A DNA stretch of 64,000 nt. It comes from a virus. Below the pieces are notes generated by a model. That model had not been told where the DNA came from, made no database searches, and saw only the letters and a program-made list of their open reading frames with translations. The DNA lies in IMG/VR virus record IMGVR_UViG_3300042691_025267, positions 16,387 through 80,386 of that record; one strand, 5' to 3'. This document shows positions 56,532-64,000 of the stretch, piece by piece. The position numbers and the translations under genes are program-made. The stretch's first letter is position 1; each line of letters begins with the position of its first letter.

Positions 56532-58877
56532 TTAGTTTTCTCTACGTACGTCTGGGGAGTAATGTGAAATTCTGTTATGATTTATAGGACTTGCCAGTAA
56601 AACCGCAGGTGTAAGTTCTCCTCGTAACGTACGTTGGAACATATAACTCATCCACGTTTGTTCATATGGGTTTTCCCAAGGCGTTTCTAAAAACATTTTA
56701 TAATTTCCAGTTTTACTAACTAACATGGGCCAGTTTGCATAGTATACATCGCCAACTGCATAAGATATGCCACCATGAACTTCTATTCTATTAAACTTTG
56801 TTCTCGGAGCGTTGGGATCCAATCCAGTAATAGGTAGTTGGTCATAATCTGGCCACAATTCCGTACGAATGCTTTGTGGAACATTATACCAAGAAACTTG
56901 GATATTATTATCCATATAAACTTCTGTATACGACACTTTCAGGAAATCCAGGCTTTCTTTTGCCACTATTTCATGAGTAAGATCATACAAATTGGGTATG
57001 TAAGTTTTGAACCCATTTCTACAGGTATTTCCCGTGATAGGTTCATGTAAACACATATCATCCTCAAAAAAGTAATAATACTGACTATCGCTTTCGTGAA
57101 AATGTTTAGCGGCGTAGTGTCTCCCGCGATTAATTCCTAAGTTAGTTCCTGTTTGGATGTGTTCAAACCCATAATGTTTACACAAAAAATCATATCTTGC
57201 AAACGTTGAACTATCTGTTGAATTGTTAATTAAAATTTTTCTTGGTCTGTTTATGAAGTCTGGGTGTAGTTCAAAACTTTTCAGTAATGTTTCAAACTGT
57301 TCAGGGAAATTAAATCCCAATACGTATAATGAAGTTTTATCTTGTTTGTTGTATCTATTATGTGAAATTATTTTTTTAGTGTTATCAATAGGTTCCAACG
57401 CAACAGAGTCGTTTATCAAATCTTGAATAAACTTCACTATCAATCCATTATCACTCAACGCATATCTGCGGTAAATATTAGGTTCTAGATGAGACATGAT
57501 ACTAAAAATACTTTCTTCGGTACCCATGTAGCCATTATCAAGGGAGTCTTTTAGTAGTGTATAATACACTGCATTTGCTTCACTCAAAACATCTTTGTGA
57601 CCACCAAATAATCCGCCACGACACACATAATTGACACGTGTACGTGCATATCGGTTCATTGCACTGAAGTCAAACCCATGAATTTCTGTTTGAGTCTGGT
57701 ATGGGTAACTTAAAAATAAAAATGTGTCTAGGTGATCTATTATCTTATCAAGACAATGGTTCTCAGTAAAAAACTTCTCATAGACGGTATTAGTTATTCC
57801 CGCATCTAACCAAATAAAATAATCGTTATTAAAGACATTCATCAACTTCGCATCGTGTAACATGAACATCTTTGATTGTACTATTGGGTTATACCACTCG
57901 TTAACTGCTTGTGGACTGTTGACTAACCATCCAGTTTCTCCTGTTTGATTATACCACGACGGATTTGTACGAATTGCTTGGGTACTATCCCAAAAAGGAC
58001 CATATAAATTTTTGATATCTTCCAACTCAAATATTTTAACATGCGTATTTGTTTTGTTTCTATTTGAATTCTGCCACACTAAATATTCCAGATCTTTTGG
58101 TAGATACAAAAACATGTTTACTGGAATGTCTAGAAACTTTTTGAAATTTTCTATGTAATGATCAAAAGATCTACCTTCCCGTTGAATATTCCATAACCCA
58201 CTAACCAATGTTAGGTTAACCGGAGGTTTAGTTTCAATGTGTAAAGTACTACAGAGTTCTTCAAAGCTGTGAACTTGTCCTTTACCACTATTATTTTTTA
58301 TGATGACAATAAAATTTCCACCAAAAAAGTATTCGTGCGCATCGGCAATGTTTTTAAAGTTTTTCTCAAACTCTTCAAATATATTAGTACCGTCGCCGCC
58401 ACCGCCACAATCTTCAATTATATACAATCCGTCTGGTTTAACTTTTCTGAAAAAGTTATACATGGTATATAATTGACCAATTCCCGTGTGTAAACCATCG
58501 TCAATAATAATATCAAGAGATTCGTCTTGAAAATACTGGTTACACTTAACTGTGTCCACAGAACTGAATATAAATGTTTCCAGTCGTTCCTCTTTCATTC
58601 GACAATCTTCTGCAACATCCACTCCATAAATTTGAGCATTTTGGAAGTAGTCTCTCCATGCACGAAGTGATCCACCTGGCTTATAGTGTGGATACAATCC
58701 TGTATTTCCGACAAACGTACTTGGTATTTCTGGCTGCAAAGTACCGATGCCGATTTCTAACAATGACTGCACCGTCTTTTGTCTTGATCGTAACAATTGA
58801 TCGTACAGAGGAGCGTAACCACTTCTAACTTTATCAGAACCGTATTTTTCTACATAAAAACTTATTGTATCATTCAT
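56532..58877 (-). CDS. Three-domain fusion: sugar O-methyltransferase-like + HtrL/YibB-like + GT-A glycosyltransferase
   Basis: LLEIGIG..GGSLRAWRDYF..GVD..DIIIDDGLH..YIIED; LVSGLWNI..IWLDAG..GGLFGG..GTEE; LINNS..NLGI..FFEDD. Confidence 0.75.
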   Translation of the reverse strand: MNDTISFYVEKYGSDKVRSGYAPLYDQLLRSRQKTVQSLLEIGIGTLQPEIPSTFVGNTGLYPHYKPGGSLRAWRDYFQNAQIYGVDVAEDCRMKEERLETFIFSSVDTVKCNQYFQDESLDIIIDDGLHTGIGQLYTMYNFFRKVKPDGLYIIEDCGGGGDGTNIFEEFEKNFKNIADAHEYFFGGNFIVIIKNNSGKGQVHSFEELCSTLHIETKPPVNLTLVSGLWNIQREGRSFDHYIENFKKFLDIPVNMFLYLPKDLEYLVWQNSNRNKTNTHVKIFELEDIKNLYGPFWDSTQAIRTNPSWYNQTGETGWLVNSPQAVNEWYNPIVQSKMFMLHDAKLMNVFNNDYFIWLDAGITNTVYEKFFTENHCLDKIIDHLDTFLFLSYPYQTQTEIHGFDFSAMNRYARTRVNYVCRGGLFGGHKDVLSEANAVYYTLLKDSLDNGYMGTEESIFSIMSHLEPNIYRRYALSDNGLIVKFIQDLINDSVALEPIDNTKKIISHNRYNKQDKTSLYVLGFNFPEQFETLLKSFELHPDFINRPRKILINNSTDSSTFARYDFLCKHYGFEHIQTGTNLGINRGRHYAAKHFHESDSQYYYFFEDDMCLHEPITGNTCRNGFKTYIPNLYDLTHEIVAKESLDFLKVSYTEVYMDNNIQVSWYNVPQSIRTELWPDYDQLPITGLDPNAPRTKFNRIEVHGGISYAVGDVYYANWPMLVSKTGNYKMFLETPWENPYEQTWMSYMFQRTLRGELTPAVLLASPINHNRISHYSPDVRREN

Positions 58878-58906
58878 ATTACGTCTACCTGAAACATGTG
58901 TTTAAA

Positions 58907-59254
58907 TTATTCACTACCATGATTGACTTTGATGTCTTTGAATCCTTCGCCAAATAATTCAACCATTTCATTTTTGTATCCAACGCGAATTTTATTTAAT
59001 CCACGGATTGCAATTGCGCGACGACCGACTTCTTCCAGTCCAAGTTCACCTTCTCGTCCGGCACGAATATCGGCTTCTAAATCCCAAATCTTTCCATTTA
59101 CTTCAACCAATTTATCAATGAATTCTTTAACATCATATGATGCCAATTCTGAATAATACGTATTGATTTCATCGGTCATATCATTGTCAGTCCGCTGATG
59201 TTTTAAAATTGCGATAGATAGTCTATCCGCCATTTCTGATACTGGCATTTTCAT
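58907..59254 (-). CDS. DUF6165-like protein
   Basis: PVSEMADRLSI...LVEVNGKIWDLEADIR...N..R...K. Confidence 0.6.
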   Translation of the reverse strand: MKMPVSEMADRLSIAILKHQRTDNDMTDEINTYYSELASYDVKEFIDKLVEVNGKIWDLEADIRAGREGELGLEEVGRRAIAIRGLNKIRVGYKNEMVELFGEGFKDIKVNHGSE

Positions 59255-59259
59255 ATTAT

Positions 59260-60051
59260 TTACCTGTTCATGTATCCGAGTTGTTCAAACTCAGGCGGTA
59301 CATAAAATCTGATATGTAGTGGGTCGCCACATCCTTGTCCGGGATCGTGGGCAATTCTACCCGTTACAGGAAAACTATTTCCTACCAATGTACCCCATTC
59401 TTCAATAGAATTATACGTGGGATCATTTTCATAAGGAACCACTAATTTATGTATATCTTTGCTTGCTAAATAGGCAGACAGTAATACGTCATCCGACATG
59501 GTTTTTCCTACAAAGTCCGTAAATAACTCTTCCGTAAAAAATCCTCTTTTATAGGAAACGGACTTGTAATGTTGAAGTACTCGTACACGAGTAGGTGTGG
59601 GAATCATACTTACAAAGTGATCACGAATATCACTAAATATAGGACCATCAACGACATCTAATGCGTCATATCCAATAGCACAATTTTTATATAGTTCTTG
59701 ATTCCGTACATGTTCTTTAATCATGTCTGGGTGATACCGTTGGTCGTCATCCACGATAATAAGAATCGTATCATCGTTTGTTATTCGTCGGATGGTGGGT
59801 AGTATCTTAGTCACTGGACCTTCATCTTCAACTCTGAATATTTTAACTTTATCCAGCGATGTTAGCCATTCAGGAATAGTGTACTCAGTATTATGAAGTT
59901 TATATGTCCGAGGTATATTAAAATGTATTTCAAAATCATCATAGTTTTGCTCACACAATGACATAATACAAGAATATATACCTTCTTCCCCGTAATGTGT
60001 ATTACTTAAACGTTCGGGAATTGTTGTTAATGATACTATAACATTTGTCAT
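59260..60051 (-). CDS. GT-A glycosyltransferase-like protein
   Basis: IVSLTTIPER, DEGPVTKILP, IIVDDD, DDVLLS. Confidence 0.72.
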   Translation of the reverse strand: MTNVIVSLTTIPERLSNTHYGEEGIYSCIMSLCEQNYDDFEIHFNIPRTYKLHNTEYTIPEWLTSLDKVKIFRVEDEGPVTKILPTIRRITNDDTILIIVDDDQRYHPDMIKEHVRNQELYKNCAIGYDALDVVDGPIFSDIRDHFVSMIPTPTRVRVLQHYKSVSYKRGFFTEELFTDFVGKTMSDDVLLSAYLASKDIHKLVVPYENDPTYNSIEEWGTLVGNSFPVTGRIAHDPGQGCGDPLHIRFYVPPEFEQLGYMNR

Positions 60052-61055
60052 GATAACCACTCGTCTAAATTTAACTGATTATAAGTATTAAGTACTTGCT
60101 TCTCAATGATTAAATTATCTTCGTAATACTTTCGAGAGTTTAACGAAATCATATGTAAGAACTCATCATTATGTATTACATCACTATATCGTTGATGTAA
60201 TAATTTTACATATTTTTCTCCTGCGGTACCATAATTTTCCATATCAACCGGACGATCTATTGAAACATAATGATGATTTGGTATCAATGGAGGATTAAAA
60301 TTGTTTAAATATTCAAATCTGATAAACGGGATTCCAAGTCCCATCAATTCTATATCTCTATAACAAAATTCTCCTCTGCCATCAACGGATAATGCAAGTT
60401 TAGTATCTACTAAATGTGTCAGATATTCTTCTTCTGGTACTGGACTGAAGTTATCGTGTATGATTGCTGGATCAATTACGTTTAGTATAGTGCGTGCTTC
60501 CAGAGAGGTTCCTTTAAAATATAATTTTTTATTTGTTGGGGAGTGGGTTTTTCTAATATTGTAATATTTGTCTATAAGGATGGGATCAATATAGGGAAAA
60601 TATGTCCACGGTTCACATTTGTAAGATTCTTCATGAAAAAAATACTTTACAATTGAATCCCTGTGCTGCGACATCAACGCTTTCTTAAAATGAGTATTTT
60701 TGTAAAATCGTACCGCACACCCAAGCGTATCATCTCTAGTTGATATTAGAAAAAAATCTTTAGTGTGTTGGTTTTCTATGATATATTCGGATTCAAAAAT
60801 ACCAAATTCATCTTCATGTGATAGTAGTTTAATATTAAACGGTTTAGAATGTGCGTGTTCAAATTCTCTACACTCTTCTACATGAAATTTTGTAGTTAAA
60901 AATCGCGTAAATTCATCAAAAAATATATTATATCGTCTATTTTTATATGTGTATGAATTTGTAGGATTATAAATTTTTATGTGTGACATTATATGATATA
61001 CTCCACTTTTATATGTGTATGAATTTGTAGGATTATAAATTTTTATGTGTGACAT
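60048..61055 (-). CDS. Glycosyltransferase-like protein (GT-B/exostosin-like C-domain) with duplicated start
   Basis: LYFKG, EEYL, ALSVDGRGEFCYRDIELMGLGIPFI; second in-frame start at 60989. Confidence 0.55.
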   Translation of the reverse strand: MSHIKIYNPTNSYTYKSGVYHIMSHIKIYNPTNSYTYKNRRYNIFFDEFTRFLTTKFHVEECREFEHAHSKPFNIKLLSHEDEFGIFESEYIIENQHTKDFFLISTRDDTLGCAVRFYKNTHFKKALMSQHRDSIVKYFFHEESYKCEPWTYFPYIDPILIDKYYNIRKTHSPTNKKLYFKGTSLEARTILNVIDPAIIHDNFSPVPEEEYLTHLVDTKLALSVDGRGEFCYRDIELMGLGIPFIRFEYLNNFNPPLIPNHHYVSIDRPVDMENYGTAGEKYVKLLHQRYSDVIHNDEFLHMISLNSRKYYEDNLIIEKQVLNTYNQLNLDEWLS

Positions 61056-61072
61056 TATATGATATACTCCAC
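60941..61072. repeat. Exact 66-bp tandem duplication across a gene junction
   Basis: 60941-61006 equals 61007-61072; covers the end of the upstream gene (VEYII-stop) and MSHIKIYNPTNSYTYK. Confidence 0.92.
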
Positions 61073-62308
61073 ACGTTCACACCACCCACGATCCTTGCTA
61101 TACGCCCAGAACACGACTTTCTTCGGACTCTTTCCCGTTAAGAACATTTCTTCATAGTGAATCGGAATATCATGTTCCATGAAATTTTTTAGTTGATGGT
61201 CTACAATATATCGTTGATTCAATCCAATTCCATTTTCATCATCAAATGCAACGAGAATGTGTTGGTAGTCCGTTGCTGGAAAGTCTTTCTTGTGTATGGT
61301 TACCAGATGATAGAATGATTTCATGAAGGAGTTTTCCCACTCTTCCTCATTATCTATCATTGGGTTTGGTGGAAATTTATTCTCAATGGTATATGATTGA
61401 ACAGATTTTTTCTTGAAGTGTATCCCTGCATACTTTTCAAAATCTCGTAACGATCTAACCGTGCCCAAATCATATCCTGTGAGATCAAACCCGCCGTCTT
61501 CGGTTTTCAACAACTGTCGGACTTTTGCTCGGGCACGATCTTGAAATAGTGCCCAATTCTCACCACGTTTATGTTGGTCGTCCCACAACAATTTTCCATC
61601 GCGTTCTTCCCGCATCGTGGCGTGCCAAATGACTAATTTGTGTGGGTGAAATAAATCATATCCGTGGGTAAACGAACGAACTGTGAGATTCAATTCTTCG
61701 CCACTGAAATAGATGTCACTGTCATGTTTGATTTCCTTTGCCCACTCCGTACGAGCAAATGCAAAGTGACCCGAAATAAAACGGGAATGGAATGGCTCCG
61801 TCATAGTTTGCCAATTCGGTATCCCGCCAGGACGAATGAAGATAGTTCCATGTGGATAGAAGGCAGCAAACTGTTGTTGCCACGGTTCCATCGTTCGTCC
61901 TTCGGGATCCTTGAACGGATTGTAATAGGGGAGGTAGCCCGTAAGAATTGGTTTAAATCCTTTCTTCTCCAACCCAGCATGCATGTTAAGTAATTCAACA
62001 TCCCAATGTTCAATAAATCGGTGATGTGCGTCTAACTGGAGAATGTAATCTTCATCGGTGATCAGTTCATTGATACGGAATCGTGCATACGGCAATCCCT
62101 TTGCTTGTTCATACGGAATATCAATAATCTTAAATCGTTTATCTTTCCGAAACTCGTCTACATTGTCAAACCCATCCGTTGGGTTAAATTGTCGGCAAAT
62201 ACCAAACCGCAATCGTTTCGGATACTTTGCTTGTGCAATTGCATCTTTTATGGTAGGAATGAGTTCCGGTTCTCTGTATGCGGGGAGGTGAATAAATATT
62301 GTTTTCAT
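61055..62308 (-). CDS. GT60-like polypeptide GlcNAc-transferase (copy 1)
   Basis: IFIHLPAYREPEL, AKGLPYAR, LQLDAHHRF..WD, ILTGY, SGHFAF, YFSGEE, FTHGYDLFHP, WH. Confidence 0.8.
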   Translation of the reverse strand: MKTIFIHLPAYREPELIPTIKDAIAQAKYPKRLRFGICRQFNPTDGFDNVDEFRKDKRFKIIDIPYEQAKGLPYARFRINELITDEDYILQLDAHHRFIEHWDVELLNMHAGLEKKGFKPILTGYLPYYNPFKDPEGRTMEPWQQQFAAFYPHGTIFIRPGGIPNWQTMTEPFHSRFISGHFAFARTEWAKEIKHDSDIYFSGEELNLTVRSFTHGYDLFHPHKLVIWHATMREERDGKLLWDDQHKRGENWALFQDRARAKVRQLLKTEDGGFDLTGYDLGTVRSLRDFEKYAGIHFKKKSVQSYTIENKFPPNPMIDNEEEWENSFMKSFYHLVTIHKKDFPATDYQHILVAFDDENGIGLNQRYIVDHQLKNFMEHDIPIHYEEMFLTGKSPKKVVFWAYSKDRGWCERVEYII

Positions 62309-63579
62309 CGTCTAAATACTCCCGTTAACCGCTCAGTAAAGCCTTTTGATTCACTCTGTGGCCAGACCACCCATCCATGTGGCAATTGCTCAGAATGGAA
62401 ACTTCTCCAGATATGAATAAATTTATCAGTTTCCAAAGGTACACTCAATATTTTTTCAATTTCTTCTTTAGTTGCGTCTTCACGATGGATTTCGTTTCCG
62501 TCTTTATCCGTAAATGCTACTGCCCAGAAAATATAATCATTTTCAGTAAACGTTGGTTTATAAAGGTCAATACACATTCTATGGTAGGATACTAAATGTT
62601 CCGTATGTGATTGTTCGTCCAATGAAATGGGTGGAATCGTTTTTTTCAACGTTTCTTTATGAACTCGCCGGGTACTGAACTCCAATCCAGCATACATCTC
62701 GTATTCTTTTAAGGTGCGTTTGGATTTTGTCAATGTCTTTTCTGACATCTCGTTATCCATTCCTAGTAGTTCCCGTCCATGCTTATACGAGTCTCTATCA
62801 AGTAATGCCCAGTCCTTATGATCATCCCAGTGCTTTTTCTTATTGTTTCTGGTGTACTCGTGCCAAATAAAGACACGATGGGGAGCAAACAAATCATATC
62901 CTGCCATATATGCTCGGACGGATAGATTAATTTCTTCCCCGTGAAAATAATAATTGGGATCGTATTCTACATCTTGACAGAATTTTCCATCGGCAAAAAT
63001 AAAATGTCCGGAGGCAAACCGTGTAGGAATTGGTTTGTCTAATTCTTTAAAATTATCAATAGTATGTGGAAGAAAATGTACTGGACCTTCTGGAGCAAAT
63101 CTATCAAACTCCATGACCCACGGCATATTTGTACGACCCTCTGGATCTTTAGCGGGATCAAAGCTAGGTAAATATGAGGTTAATACTGGGAGTGGGTGTT
63201 CTTTGGAACGGAGATTCTCTAACATACCAATTAATTCAACGTCCCAGTTCGGTTCAAACCGGTGATGTGAGTCTAATTGTAGAGTATATCGTTGTCCGTT
63301 ATATGCAGTATTTAATTTATGTCGGATCCAGCACGGACCCTTCGCATCACGATAATCAATATCAATAATATGAAAACGAGAATCATCTTTATACTCGTCT
63401 AAGTTGTCCCATTGTTCGTACGGAGAGTGCTGCCATCCAATAGCAAACTGTAGTCGTTCTGGATGGGTTGCTTTTCCAATACAGTCCCGCAACGTATTGA
63501 GTAGTTCGGGATCTCTGTATGCAGCAATCTGTACGTAAATTGTTGGATTAGAAACCGTTTTCTTTTTTCTTGGAGCCAT
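62305..63579 (-). CDS. GT60-like polypeptide GlcNAc-transferase (copy 2)
   Basis: IYVQIAAYRDPEL, AKGPCWIR, LQLDSHHRF..WD, VLTSY, SGHFIF, YDP..YFHGEE, GYDLFAP, WHEY. Confidence 0.82.
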   Translation of the reverse strand: MAPRKKKTVSNPTIYVQIAAYRDPELLNTLRDCIGKATHPERLQFAIGWQHSPYEQWDNLDEYKDDSRFHIIDIDYRDAKGPCWIRHKLNTAYNGQRYTLQLDSHHRFEPNWDVELIGMLENLRSKEHPLPVLTSYLPSFDPAKDPEGRTNMPWVMEFDRFAPEGPVHFLPHTIDNFKELDKPIPTRFASGHFIFADGKFCQDVEYDPNYYFHGEEINLSVRAYMAGYDLFAPHRVFIWHEYTRNNKKKHWDDHKDWALLDRDSYKHGRELLGMDNEMSEKTLTKSKRTLKEYEMYAGLEFSTRRVHKETLKKTIPPISLDEQSHTEHLVSYHRMCIDLYKPTFTENDYIFWAVAFTDKDGNEIHREDATKEEIEKILSVPLETDKFIHIWRSFHSEQLPHGWVVWPQSESKGFTERLTGVFRR

Positions 63580-63610
63580 ATAACCCTCGTGAGGAAACCT
63601 TTAACTTACC

Positions 63611-63639
63611 AATATACATATTATTCACTTTGTTGTCAA
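63611..63639 (-). promoter_or_regulatory. Sigma70-like promoter for the glycosyltransferase genes
   Basis: TTGACA-17-TATATT upstream of GAGG SD and ATG 63579. Confidence 0.72.
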
Positions 63640-63645
63640 GTGGGT

Positions 63646-63855
63646 TTAATACGTCGTTACCACCCACTGTGTTCCATTCCAAAATTTTACAGGTTTTGTA
63701 ACCCATGCGGCACCCGTCCAGACTTTCATGGGCTTTGCCACAAATGCGGCACCCGTCCATACTTTAATTTGTCCAGTGGTTCCTACCGCCGACGACAGTG
63801 AAACGTCGAAGGTGCCGGCGCCACCGTCTCGTAGTACAAGTGTATCAAATGCCAT
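63646..63855 (-). CDS. Small protein with three KVWTG-type repeats
   Basis: IKVWTGAAFVAKP MKVWTGAAWVTKP VKFWNGTQW; coupled to the upstream stop (TAATG). Confidence 0.7.
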   Translation of the reverse strand: MAFDTLVLRDGGAGTFDVSLSSAVGTTGQIKVWTGAAFVAKPMKVWTGAAWVTKPVKFWNGTQWVVTTY

Positions 63856-63998
63856 TATGGACTACCGGTTGCCGTTCCATTGCCAGACCGCCCAACCAAC
63901 GCATCGGTTTCACGCGCCTCGACAAACACTTCATTCACATTGTCATACCATGTAAATGTTACATCACCGTTGCCCGTCCGAGTGGTACTCTTGAGTAA
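63855..63998 (-). CDS. C-terminal end of an upstream gene (partial)
   Basis: Open frame LLKSTTRTGNGDVTFTWYDN...TGSP-stop entering from the right edge. Confidence 0.55.
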   Translation of the reverse strand, partial: LLKSTTRTGNGDVTFTWYDNVNEVFVEARETDALVGRSGNGTATGSP

Positions 63999-64000
63999 GG

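Noticed and set aside
26000-63579. Bacterial capsule/LPS locus or eukaryotic giant virus origin
   Set aside because: Contiguous and co-oriented with phage tail and replication genes; has bacterial SD and sigma70 signals; lacks membrane export and polymerisation genes.
1-64000. Stop-codon reassignment, tRNA genes, retron/DGR, integrase or transposase
   Set aside because: The standard code gives dense full-length genes ending in TAA, TAG and TGA; intergenic gaps are short with no cloverleaf noticed; no reverse transcriptase or recombinase motifs. A tRNAscan/Infernal run would be decisive.

Overview
This 64-kb window looks like part of a large tailed dsDNA phage (myovirus-like, T4-type gene set). 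Essentially all genes are on the minus strand, tightly packed, and use the standard genetic code. 1-12.7 kb is a replication and nucleotide block: PolB running off the left edge (missed by the ORF track), dUTPase, two thioredoxins, class II RNR, replicative helicase, 5'-3' exonuclease, RecA/UvsX, gp32-like SSB, UDP-glucose dehydrogenase and a small PolA-like protein. 12.7-24 kb is a tail/baseplate block with a tape-measure-like gene and a probable programmed frameshift, followed by an SNF2 helicase. About 26-63.6 kb is a large accessory island: two GT60-like polypeptide GlcNAc-transferases, a mucin-like (TPSVTQ)n protein, about 8 further glycosyltransferase-like genes, a second UDP-sugar dehydrogenase, three sulfotransferase-like genes with an APS-kinase/nucleotidyltransferase fusion, a carbamoyltransferase, six SGNH-like proteins, five radical SAM enzymes (one B12-binding), methyltransferases, two QueC-like proteins and two subtilases. 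My best candidate for an undescribed system is a phage-encoded mucin-type protein O-glycosylation and glycan-tailoring pathway; this is inference. All calls come from reading motifs by eye; no searches were run.
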